Below are positions 1 to 13,500 of a stretch of DNA of 64,000 bases, in pieces. Below the pieces are notes generated by a model. The model ran no database searches. It worked only from the letters and a program-made list of their open reading frames with translations, and was not told the origin of the DNA. A program made the position numbers and the translations under genes. The number at the start of each line of letters is the position of its first letter. Position 1 is the first letter of the stretch. The stretch covers positions 92,130 through 156,129 of the forward strand of contig JAQGDQ010000520.1 in NCBI GenBank assembly GCA_030141605.1, written 5' to 3'. Origin of the DNA: Tubiluchus corallicola. Taxonomy: Eukaryota > Animalia > Priapulida.

Positions 1-549
1 TTCACCATTCACTGCAAAGATTTTCAGTTGTGACATAGTGCCCACATTCAAGAGCTCATGCGTGATCACAGAGGTAAACTTGAATATTGAATTTTAAACA
101 TGAAATTTGCCGCGTTTTTGTGTGTCACGCTGAATCTTGTACAGTGGTACTTTCGCAGACACATGAAGAATATTCATGGATTGTTTGTGTTGTTGAATAT
201 TGTGTTCAGTTGTATTGTCATAAATAGTTAGGCTTGCTGCCGTTTATTAAGTTTTAATCTATTATTTAATTACCAGAAATGCTTTGACATCATTGTAAGT
301 GTTGAAATGTATACTTTTACCATACTCCAAAATGGGTTAGGATATTAAAAATTATCCTGATTTCATTTAAAATTATTATTTTTAAATGTGATTCTTAAGT
401 GAGAGACTGATCATACCTTGCAAAATGTAGCATTGAAAACGTTGTCGCATTCCAGATTGTTATTTTCTGTGATGTGCCAAATGGACTATTATTTCTAAGC
501 TTTGACAGTTTTTCATGTAATAAATGTTACATACATTCATGTTTTATAG

Positions 550-1489
550 TTCACATATTCAAATGGATGAGAGCTCTGAGTTTATATCTGTACATCGTGT
601 TACTGATTATCCGTTATTAGGTAAGTTTAGTAGTCATAGTTGCCAAGAATGTTTGCCAGTTTGGTTGCCCAGATTTCAATGATTTTGATCGAATGGCTTT
701 TTTACAGTTTAAATTTTTCTTAACTAATTTATTTTCAAGTGCATTTTATATCTGACTTCTTTGTGCTTTGTATCTGATCGTTATATATTCTATCAATTAG
801 TTGTTACTTTAATGTTTTTTTACTTGCACAGTGGTTTTACTCAATGGTTTTCTTACAATTTATTCTTTTTATGGTCAATTTATTTCTAAATGTGTTTTAT
901 ATCTGATTTTTTGTGTTTTGTATCTTTTTATACATTTTATCTTTTTTTGAATATTCACTGATTTTCCTGTTCACTTCACTAGTATGGGCCAGCAGGCAGC
1001 TTGCTGTTTGGGGATAATGCTGGCCCTGGCACTCTAATAAAGGGTTAATATCAATACTGCATAATTAATTGTTTTCTGCTGCTTTTGCGATTTCTTTTTC
1101 ATTTTTGTAATCAAAGATTTTCCCAGAATTTTAATAAACAATGGCTGCAAAGCAAACACCAAGCAATGAATTTTAGCAGGGAGAAATCAAAGCCTAAAAA
1201 ATACGCATTTTACTGAGAAAGTACGAGCAGTTACATGAGAATTGTTTAAGCACGTGGTGACAGAACATTGTGTGTAATTGCTAGTTTGAAATCGCACTTC
1301 ATTTAATTTATTTGTTAGAGCATTAGAGCATATTTATGGCAGTACTTCTACACCCCCGTGTTAACTGTAATATTGGCTACATTTTTCTGAGGAACATCTT
1401 GCTAGTTTCAGACATGTTGCTTGCATTTTCTGTTCAGTCTGCTGGTTTTCACGTAGGTCGGGATCTAAGTAATACTCTGTTAATAATAA

Positions 1490-1531
<42 letters not shown>

Positions 1532-4500
1532 TTGTCTTCTTTTACACATGCAGTTACGTCAGCAATTTTTACTAGTTATTTCTTTGTACATACTGCATAT
1601 TTATAATAGTATTTAAAACATACATCATCACGAAAGAAAATAATTCTATACAAGTCTCAATTTTATCTCCAGGTAATAGTAGCAAAATTACCGCCAGATT
1701 TAATCATTTTATTACGAACATTTCTTACTAGTTTATGTTTGTAAAACAATGCAGTATAAAAGCATACAACTAGTCCACCAAATGCAGATTTGACTTTGCA
1801 TAATATGTGTTTTCTTTTGTTTACATGTAGCAGTGTAGTGCTTGCTAAAGTTAAATAATTGACTGCTTAAAATTTTAGTGAAACATGTGACTTTTATGTT
1901 TATAGAGAAAGGTATGATTCAAATTGAGCTTTTATTGTCTTTTACTTTCCAAAGGTTCCTATTAACATCATTTATTTTTGGACACGCATGTACAATTAAG
2001 TTATATAAGTGGTTTAGTTAGAAGAAATTAGTAGAACTAGTAGCAAAACATTGAAACACTGACAAACAACCAACAAGCACTGAGATTATTTGCTTACAAG
2101 AAGACAAAACAATTAATTTAAAAAGGCAACACATATTTTAACATTTCTCTCAATTAATACTTATTAATTGATAAAAAATTAAAATTTCTATGCAACTTAT
2201 ACAGTATTTTGCTAAGTTTACTATCGCTAGTTAAATCACTTTTTGTAATGCTAATAAAAGCATAGTTTTACTCTTGTTTGTTTTATAAAGAAGGGTTACC
2301 ATTATTGGATTTTCTTAACTTCACTACTGCAAGTTATAGAATTATACAATGAGAACGAAATAGACAAAATTTAGGGAAGTTGGATTAAACTGCAATTACC
2401 TTTTGTAGGTTCACTGTAACATTCAAAATGTGCAAAACACCACAAGATGAAAAAACTTGTTTAAACATAGGCCAAAGTAGCAATAACTCATGAAAGCAAA
2501 AAATAATAATAAAAGCACGTTAATGTTTTATTTAAGACTAGAACAAAGTAATTTTTGTCTTTCACAGGTAGAGAACAAGAACTTGAAATGGTTTCACAGC
2601 GACTGGACAAGATTACAAGTTTTTCACTTAAAGATGATAATGTTTTTTTGCTCGAAGGTACTACTGGTCAAGGCTCATCTCGTTTGATGAGTGCCTGTCG
2701 TGAGATAGCCATCGAAAAAGGAATTAAGTAAGCAGCTAAAATTATTGCATTTTTGGGGTACTTGCGAAGTGACTCCAAAAAACTTTCGTCACGATGCAGG
2801 TTTTGTTGTTGTTCATGTAACAAGCTTTAAGAAAATTCTTAAATTGCGACACAAGAATAGAGTTACTCCATATTCTAAATTTTTTATGAGGAACTGATTC
2901 CATGGCAACGATAAATGGCATTCTAAATTACGTATTCACGAAAAACGGATTCATGACAACAGTAAAGGGTGTTTTAAATGACATAACTTGTCAGAGAAAG
3001 CTCAAATAGCGAGTAACCTAAAGCTTCAAATTCCCGCCTACTTCGACAAATGTAATTGTAACCGAAATTATTTTGTGCATGTCATAGTAATAGGTGGAAA
3101 TAAAGAGCATTCTGTTTCCTTTCTTCATACTTTGGTCCAGCTACATTACAACTCAAAGACCACCATGTCCTTACAACTTGCTCTTGTTTCATGGAGTGAA
3201 AGAATGGTCATTGGATGATGGTCCTTGGCCACGGGCCAGGTTACACCTGTAAAATTTCTTTAGTTTGTGTTTACTTTGAGAGCTTTTAAGTGTGAGGTCT
3301 AACTTCACATACTCTGTGATTATGGTGTATATAGAGACAGATATATGTACGCTCACAAAAACTTTGTACAAGGGACTACAAATCAAAAATGCATTACAAA
3401 AGATGTGTGTTAACAGACTCTTGCAAAAAAGTCTGTTAGAGAGATGGTTGGCTGAGATGTGCAAAATGGAAAAGCTGTTAACACATTACATGCCCGGTGA
3501 CCTTTCTTCAGCACTGTATATGTAATGATAAAAATTTCATTTTTTATAATAGAGTTATGGATTTTCCACTCAGCAGTGCTGATGCGGGCTCTCAGTTCTA
3601 CACATTGCAGAGTTTGATCATGCGAATGGTAATGGGCACAGAAGACGTTTGCAGATCCCGCTTAGAAACCGAAAATGCATTTCTAAAGTTAGTTAGAGAT
3701 AAACCGGATGTTGTGGATTGTATTAGTTTGCTTAACGAGATTCTCTTCTTAAGGGTATGCTTGCTATAATGAATTAAATTTGCTAAATAAATCGTTACCA
3801 TACATTTTATTTTATTGCAGGGTTACCTTATGCTGCTGCTAATGTTTGCTCTTTTCTCAGCACATTGTAAGCCAGCATCCGTCACTCAACGATGAAGCTT
3901 ATTTATTCTGTTGATTGAGCTAAAATTGGAATCAGGCGAATTTAAGAATAATTCTCTAAAATGAAACACTGAGTGACAGAGGTTATTTAGCCCATATGAG
4001 CATTGGGGACGGGACGAGTCTTCGCTGCTCCAAAGCTTCAGTTAATTGATCTGAATTGGAGCATTGATTCGCAGATCCACCCCCGTTTTACTTTAAATGC
4101 TTCAGATCCAATTCGGGTTCGGTAAAAAGATGCGAAGTAGTCTTCACAGTTCACCCAGCATAAGGGAAAAATCCTCTGCAACTATTGCTGTAAAATTCTT
4201 ACCAGTTTATTCTCTAATAAAACTTAAATTTTGTGATAAGCATTTTACCATGTTAATCGTTACATTTAATCTGATCGCGAAGTTTCGTAAAAGTTATGCA
4301 TTGTATAAGTTATTTGTTTGACATCAATTTAATGTCCAACTGATGCTAAATATGTTTATTGAGTGAGGACGATCGTTTCAGCTTTTATAGCCATTGTCAG
4401 TACTGTAAATCTAGCTTTTGTAGCATTGAAAATGGATTTAATAGCCAAAACAATCGTCTATGCTCAATAAATATGTTGATTCCTAGAGGCTGGCTCTTTC

Positions 4501-7500
4501 ATGTGTTTGGCACTAAATATTGTCAACAGCAATACAACGTGCGCACAAAATTTTGACTATTGTGCTCTTAAACACAAATGATATTTTGGCAACCATTGTG
4601 TTTAAATTATTTTATTTCTGAACCTTATTAATTTAGTTCCACATAAGAAGGTGCACTCGTGAAATATGTTAAAATTTCTCTGAATTTTTTGTACATAGCA
4701 CCACTCTCATTTTGTACAGTAATAGCATTATTTTCTATATAGATTGTAATAAATGAAGATTAAAACAAGCTGAACGTAGGCAAAAACTAAATCCGAACTA
4801 TGGAACTTTACTGTGTTTGGCAAGACCATTGCAACTAACAGCACACTGTTCCTAAGATGGAAAATCTAATTGGAGCTAAGTTACAAGATTCAGATTCCCC
4901 TGGTATTGAAAGTTATGAATGAATTAAAGGTCCGGATTCAGTTCGGTTTCTGAAACTGCAAAGATGTGAGATTCAGATTCGATTCGATTTCTGAAATGAA
5001 ACAAAATCAGCTTTGATTCGATTCTGTTTTGGAAATTTAAGCTTTGTCCTATTCTTAATGAGTATACCCTTAACTTGTTGAAATACTAAATTGGTTAAGT
5101 GTCACAAATGAAGCATAAGCTCTATAGCCATGTTGCACATCAAAATAATCAAATTCTTTGTGGAACCGAAATGAAAAAATTATTTAGTGTACCTAAGAAA
5201 CAAATGCCTACTACAAGAGCCAAAAAGTATATCCAGAATGCTGAATAAACCATTCTTGATCAATAGGGTCTAGTACCAAGTAGAAAAGCAAAAAGCTTGA
5301 ACTGTAGCCATAGCTGCAGCTGTAGCTAAAGTAATTGCAACCATATGTCACAACCATATGAACCACTGACTTGTTACTTCCGTTTTGACATTAGGTAGAG
5401 GAGAACCTGACAATGGAGAACACTCTAATAATACATCATTGATTCTGTAACAATTACGATGCATCATCATATCATAGAGTTCATGCAGGTAATGATTTGT
5501 TTCAGTTTCCAGGTGACGCTATCATGAAGATGGATGCCAAAACAAAACTGAACAAAATTCATGAAATAATTTCAACTCTAGTAGAAATAGTAAGTTTTTA
5601 TTGAGTAATCTGATAGAGGAGGTTGTTATTTGGCTTGTGGTGAAAGTTCTGTTCTGTTTACATTTGGGCGTTCGTTGATTTTTTTTTCATGCCAATGCAA
5701 TATCAAGCCAGTAATCCATTATAGGTCTTGCTGTTGTTAACATACACCTGACTTTATATAAAAAACAATGCTAGACATCATAAAGAAGTTCTCTTATGGA
5801 ATGTTTGAAATTATTTTATCAATGACACAATAATACAATACAAATTTGAATAAGCTTACAATTAAAATTTAAGCTTTAGTTTGTTTTGGGGAAATGTTCT
5901 GTGTTCTTTTTTATTTCTAGATGGAATTACTCATAAAAAGCAGTGTAATGTCCATACCCGAGTTTGCAATGTTATAACTAGTTTTATTTTATGACCAAGA
6001 GATTATTTACAAGAGTTCTAAATGAAATTGGTGTCAGCATGTTTTCTCATTCAAACATGTTCCATCTTCAGCATGTGAACATCAGCTGACTGGTTGGTTA
6101 TTTTTTCATGTTTCATACTAGCATAAACAATTCATATACCATGCGATATAAAACTATATGTTTTTGTCTCCAGTTGTGTAACTGAAAAAAATTCAACTGC
6201 ACTAGTGATTGTATGACCAATATAAGGGTTAGTTTCAAGAACACAAAAGCAAATTTTATTGATAGCTAGCTGCTACTTTTTGGTGGTCTTTGTTACTCTT
6301 TTTTTTGTCATAAATTCAGCAGTAAGTGAGTGTTTAATATTTAGGTAATCTTTGTTAAATAAATGATAATTACTTGCGTTTCATGCTTACATCTTAGTGA
6401 CCATTAGCTAATTTTTGTCTCTTGCCGGTACGACTCATTCTCCAAACATTTGAACAAATTCTAAATAAACTCCCCAGAATTGGCTCTTGATTACATTAAA
6501 CAGTAGTTAATTGTTTAATAGTCTTCTTATATTACTACCTTACTACTGCCCTTTTAGTGCAGTGCACAAGAAGAGGGGATACTATTCACAGTGGATGATG
6601 CTCATTTTATGGATAGTGGTTCCTGGGAATACATCTCAGATCTTGGAAGTCAACCATCAACTCTTGTATTGATTTCATCGCGAGTCTTTTTCGGCCACGA
6701 GTTTGACTCTCCACCGGAGTCTGCCATGAGGGTCTACAATGAGGGAACTACTTTGCGGTGGCGTTTGCAGGGCCTCAAACCGGAGTTCATGCACGATTTA
6801 GCCTGCCAGATTTTGGATGTGAAAAATGTTCCAGACGAGCTTGTCAAGTAAGTTAATGTTTGAGACATCAGAATGTAAAAAACTGGAATTCTGTAAATTA
6901 CAATGGTAACTTACTTAGGCAAAAAATGATTAGCTTACTTGCAAAATATGGTAATTTTCTTACCTGGTACTTAATGCTGAGTTAATGAAGAAAATTAGAA
7001 TTTTTCTTATTACCGGTAACTTTCTTGCTATACCAACTCCGCTAAATTTACCTCTCATGCTTTGTCCAATACAAACATAACAACATTAACTACTTTTGGT
7101 GATGATGTCACATGGCCTAGATTGTCTGGTGCTGCCTGCTTCCTGTATTAGCTACAATACACATACAGATGCAGTTGTATTCTACCAGGTGTAATGGTTT
7201 TGTTCTGATTAAAATGAACATTTTTTTTGTCTGCTGCATTGGCTACAGCACTGATGCTGTTGTATTCTATCAGGCATGATGGTTTTGTTCTGATAAGAAT
7301 GGACGCTTTTTGTCTAATGCATTGGCCATAGCACGATGATGCTGTTGTTGTGTTCTACCAGGTGTACTGGTTTTGTTATGATTAAAATGGACACTTTCTC
7401 TGCTGCATTGCCCATAGCACTGATGCTGCTGTATTCTATCAGGTGTAGTGGTTTTAGTCTGATTAAAATGGACACTTTTTCATTTTCATCAGTTTCATAA

Positions 7501-10500
7501 ACATGCTTAAGTGAAAAATTTGGAGGTAAGGTGCCTGGTTGCTCTGTATCTGGATGTTCACAACAAAGTGGAAATGGAATTTCCTTGTGTGCATTCCCCT
7601 AAGACGAAAAGCTAGGATAAGTAAGTATAAGAGAGAAATTAAAAATGGATGCCTAACAAAATAACACAATAACGTATAGATTTTGTTAGAACCACGATGT
7701 TTGCGGTGAAAACAAAAGGAACCTATTTCGAAAGTGTTACAAATGATAGATGTAAATAGCTCTGAGATTAGTATAAACGGAGTGACAAGGCATTGGATCT
7801 TTGCTGTGGAGCAGCTTATCAATGAATATGCACAAAATAACTAGTTTGGGCTTTTTAGTCGCTTAAAAACTCACCTTTTCAGGCACATCTACCATATACT
7901 AATTTAAAAAAAATTCGGATTGACTATCACTTATCATTTGCAACTATTGCGAGGATTTTTTTCATTGTAATGTTGTACAATATTGTATACAGTGTTCCCT
8001 CGCTACTTCGCGGTTTGTTTAGTGCGGACTCGCTGTTTTGCGAGTTTTTGCGGTACTTCATGTAAAGTATTTTTGCACATGCAGTGTACGTATTGTACTG
8101 TAATGTATAGATTTGATGAATTTTGAAAGGGTACATGTACAGTATGGGAAAAGTTATTAAGGGAATGGGAAAGGGTTATGTGTAAGATTGTGGGGAGGGT
8201 TATAAAAACTTAAAATAATGTATAACTACTAAGATAAGTATAGCATCCCTACTTCTCAGAAATTCATTTATTGTGGGTGGGCCTGGAACGGAACACACGC
8301 GATAAGTGAGGGAACACTGTAATTCATTGTATAGAGTATTGTAGTAGTGTTTATTGTGTAATGCTATGTAAAAAATAATTATTATTTTCAAGAATTTTGG
8401 AACAGAAGAGCCACGGCATTCCTGGTTGGTGTGACAAGTTACTGAAAGACATGCAGGCCAATAACATGTTAGAAATAAAAAGTGTGAAACTTTCGGATGA
8501 AGTTACCCCCATTTCCTCCAGTTCTTCACGTAAAGCAAGTGCATTGGCAGATACCACTTCCAGAAAGTCACGAGCTTTATCAAATGCGGTAATTTTAGTA
8601 TTTAGTATTTAGTATTCATTAACATTTCATCAAAAATAAATATACAGATAATAAAATATTTACACTGTTTTGAAGTAGAACAAAACTTTTATTTTGAAAT
8701 TAACATTACAGAAAAAGCAAAAAACGTGGCAATTTCTGTGCTTTCAAAAGGTGGGCTAAAAACGTGCTTAATTGTGATTGGCTGACCTACTAAATGCATA
8801 TAACGAAGCAAAGTTTTACAGGCAAATCTAAATAAGTATAACGTTAGATTAGATGGCGAGTAGAGAGAAATCTTCTCAACATACATAAAACTGAAAAGAT
8901 TTACAGGAGTTGCCAAGCATACAGCCTTATTGTGCTCTGTGCAATAGTTGTAAAACTAAATATTTTATAAGCACATTTAACCCTTTCACTACGGAAGGTG
9001 GCACACTGCCGCCTATGTTTTTCTTGTAAGGGACAGAAGACGGCAGAGTGCCGCCCTGGCTCAGCACTAAGCACATTTACCCAGGTCTGTTTATTTCGCT
9101 GCTACGGTCATGCAAAAACATTGTAGAAAAGTTTGAAGCCGTGGGGTAGCGCTTGCATGGCAACAAGTAACGTTAACCAGCCAATCAGCATCTGAAGCCA
9201 GATGCATTCCATAATACTGTACTGTATAATACATTTTCATGTGAAATTGGTTGTTGATAGTTGGTGAAATGTGTTTAGTCACTTGTTCTGCATACTTATA
9301 AAATAATTGCGTATTATGGAGTACTAATACGGACTTTTGTGTAAATTGGCTTGTAAATATAAGTATGTGCTTATTTTTGTGGGTGCACATGTGCGTGCAT
9401 GCATGAGGGCATATGTGTGTGCACGGATGTGTGTGCATGTGTGTAAATGAAAATAATATCCAATATTAGTGTTTAATAGCAAATGGTTATGTGTTTATTT
9501 ACAATATTCTGTTTTAGTAACACACCACAAGAAGTTATTGTTAAATGTGCAAAAGCGAATGCGGCCCTGTTAAAAAGCAACTACGTAGTGATAAGGTTAA
9601 TATGTAGAAGTGGTTTATAACATACGCCTAAACCAAGAGTAAACTTAGCAATTATTGATACCAGATTAGGTAATGAACGATGACAACTGTTCTTCTTTTG
9701 ACCCTTGCTTTTATCATTGCTGTTAAAAATTGAGGATGTGTTTCATCGACTACCACAAAAGGAATCGAGCAGCACTGCAAATTTTTTCACCTTATTTCAT
9801 CATACAAATAATACACTTCATTTGATTTCACATAAGATTTCTTGTTGGCAGCATCATAGAATGGCAACTTTGTATGACGGCCACAACGAGAATTCTCTTG
9901 ATAACGTGCAATTGCTATCTAATTTCGAAATAAAATTTGTTTTCATTTGAAAGTGTCACGTGCCAACTGTTGGAACAATGTTGTACCATCTAAGAGACTT
10001 TTGGAAGATGCCATTTATCAGGAGACACAGTTGTTTACTTACTGTAAATTTTCCTATTTTAGTTTAAATGTTTTTGTTTTATTTGTATAGCCTTTGCTTC
10101 ATGTTGAAGCTGCTGAAAGACCTCCTGAACCCATTTGCATCATAACTCCCGGAACTGACCTGTCAGTTGTAGAAATGCCAGATTCAATGAAAGGTATCAC
10201 TGCACTAAATTGAAGTTTCATGTGAAATGTTTGAATACAGAAGCCCAGTTTTCTTTATTGAAAATCGTAATGTGGTTTAGGAAATAATAAAAAAATTAAG
10301 TGTCTTGGTTTTTGTCTCTTTGTATACAAAAAGCATCAAATTTTGTTAGATAAATGTTCATGTTCCATATCTTCCACATGTAGTTTCGACTATGTCAGTG
10401 CTTTCACATCCTCACGAGCAACATTGAATGAATCTCAATGACTTTTTGTTTCTTTTGATGCTACGTTTACACCTACTATTAGCAATAGTATAAACTGCAT

Positions 10501-13500
10501 GGTCTGACATCAGTTTGCACCTAACTGATAAAACATTAGATTTACATACAAACACAGCAAAAAGGAACTTCAGGAAAAAATTTTCAGTCTTAATAACAAT
10601 CCTGCAGTTATACACATGTGAAAACTTATAATATAAGACTATTTCACTATATATTTGTCATTTTATCATGGTTTTTGCTAGGCATGATGTTGGCTAGTAT
10701 TGATCGGCTCACCCCACACCAGCAGATGCTCGTAAAATGTGGCTCTGTGATTGGACTGCAGTTTACTCGAAGCACGCTTGAAGCTATAATGCCACAGGGC
10801 TACACCCAGAAAATCGGCTCTTCTCTCAGTGGTTTAATGGAGGTTGGAATATTGGAATGTGTAGCTTTAGCACAGTCAAAAGCAAAGCGATCAAAACACG
10901 TGTACTGCATATGCAGTTTAGGACGCAAAAGTGGCTGCGACTGCACATTCATACAATTTAAAAATGTAGTCATGCAGGAAGTAGCTTATGAATCTCTGGT
11001 GCTGACTCAAAGACAGGACTTACATGTGCAGACTGCAAAGCTTTTGGAAATGCCACAAAGTCTTCTATGCGTTCAATGTGGTGGACGAGATTTTCAACCG
11101 CCGATGAAACTGCGTGGTCAGGAAATGAAAACCAGGCGAGTAAATAGCACAATGGCTGTGTTCAATGCTCGACGGCGACTTCGTTTTAAGCAGTGTGTAG
11201 AACAGGGGTTGTCACATTGTAATCTGGATCAAAGCAGCTCCGAAGAATTTTCTAGAGTAGCGTTTGCTTCGAGTGTTGATCAGGAGTGCATAAATGGTAT
11301 CATATTGTCAACTATTTCAAATTAATCCCCTTACAGTATTACTTTTAGATTATCCATCAGTGCAATTTTTTTACATTTTAAGCTGAAAAAACCTTATCTC
11401 AATATTTACCATCCATCAGTTTTTTACCTGTTTTGTGATCAGTTTCTAGATACTTTTTAAATTGCAGGTCATTGTTTAAATGAATTCAAATATTATGTGT
11501 TGTTCAGGACTACTTTTGTCCTTAAAAACAATTGGAAGCGAAATGTGGAAGTTATTGAGTTTGTGAGTTGTTATCTATTGAGTAAAAAAGTGTTCTCTGA
11601 TTTTGTGAGAATTAAAAAAAAATAAAGTGCATATTTTTGAAGTTTGATTTAAGCCTAGTTAGAATTTTTTTTTTATAATGTATCTATTTACTTTAAAGCC
11701 TGTTCGGGCATTAATTTCCTATTACATTAACCTGAAAAATTTCACTTTTACTTAACTAAACTTTAAAAACATTTTGACAATTTTGAAATTTGTGAGAACT
11801 TTTTTACATGTACTTTTTAAAGTTTTGTTGAGCTTTCAATTACTTTATTTAGTGAAATTTACCGATTGTTGTATGGAAGTGTTGTTCTTCTTAATAATTC
11901 AGTCATTTCATTTAGTAGAGTATAGCAGCATTAATAGGGTGGTGTAGATTAGTGATTGTGCCCAGTGCACTAGACTTTTTATGTTGATTCCTTCTTCACA
12001 TTATCATTATTTCTGACATTTTGCAGTACCTGATAAACTTCCGTCTTCTACTTTGTGGAACATGTTGGTTACTTTGCTTCGGCCAGCTCCTCAACATGTT
12101 ACAGCCATTACTAGTGAAGCGACAGCATTTCCAGATGAGGAGGATGAGGAAAATCAAAGGAAGCAGTCACTGGGTGATTTACTAGCGTAGGATATTAATT
12201 TTTATAAACTATAAAGTGTTTATCTGCTTTTTAGTGGCTCCTTATTTGTTTGAAGTGGTTTGTTTTATTGCTAACTGCTTATTTTTAGCCTTCATTCTAA
12301 TATTCAAATTCAAATTCTAATTATCTTTTCTTCAAATTGTTTGTTGGATCATATAGCTGGTTTTTTTTTCAAAGCTCAAGCTCAAGCAAGCACACTGCAA
12401 GCTCAAAGCCCAGTATCTCGTATCATTGCTCGTGGTTAGGCTGAAACTTATCTCACAGCTACGAAATCAACGTGCAGCCATATCGAACCATGCAGGCAGA
12501 GACAAGGCATTCAAGTGAAGCATGTTCATATGACCACTTGACTCTGAATCCCACTCACTTGAAAAATAATTCTAATAATTTATCATTTACTTTTTTTAAT
12601 TTTGTAAATTTATTTAAAAGAAAGTTGCCACTTGTGCTGAGGAACTGTAATTAAATTCCCAAACATGCTGAACTATATGTGGATATAATCATTCATGAAT
12701 GTAAATTGCTTTAATGAAGTGAACATATTTACTACTTACTATTTACTTCACCGGCTGAAATACATTTTATATTAATGATAAACATTAATTCTTGTAAATT
12801 AGTGCAGTGTGGTAGATCTTGAGTTTAGATCTAATTCACCTTCTGTTTGTGAGAACTAAATGCTTTATTTGTGCAAGTGATGCAATGTTTGTTTGATTCA
12901 TGTTTTAGGACACTAATGGCAGCACTTGAAGAAAAAGACATGGATGTCAAGAAATGCGAATGTGTTTATATCCGCCAGTTCATCTACCCACAATTGGTAA
13001 AGCACTGGCGAGCAGTTGGCAATCGTAGTAAAACTATTCAATATCTAGTTGATGCTGGTACGGCTGATATAGCACTTGGCAGTTATGCACAGGTTTGCAT
13101 TGTTTTATTACTCGTCTTAGTAACTGTAAGCAAATTATAATATACCTACTGCACGTCAAATTAGAGTCCAACAAAGTTTACTATAATTAAGTTCTTGTGA
13201 AATAGGTAGAGTGAGTTTAATACTTTGCTCATTTCAGCCTTAATACAGCTAAATAATGCATACTAATCCTGTTTTTCATTTTATCAGGCAATAATCCGTC
13301 TGGAAGATGCTCAAAATGAAATTATTAAGTACAAGGAGGAAAGGGCAAAAGAAGAAGAAGAAGCAGAACAGTCGAAACTCAAAGAGGGACTGGCAGGGGA
13401 CGACGAAGAGCATGCAGCATTGAGTAAAGAAGAAGTACCAATTAAAAGAATTCTCGAGGGGCGTATACATAATCTCATTGGACAAGTGAGTGATTATCTT

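Noticed and set aside
1361-1549. Poly-Ile, poly-SL (27174-27431) and poly-Thr (31695-31901) ORFs
   Set aside because: Translations of (ATA)n, (CT)n and (ACT)n microsatellites.
4005-5056. hAT-like element with gattcgattc subterminal repeats
   Set aside because: Ends too degenerate to define TIRs or a TSD confidently.
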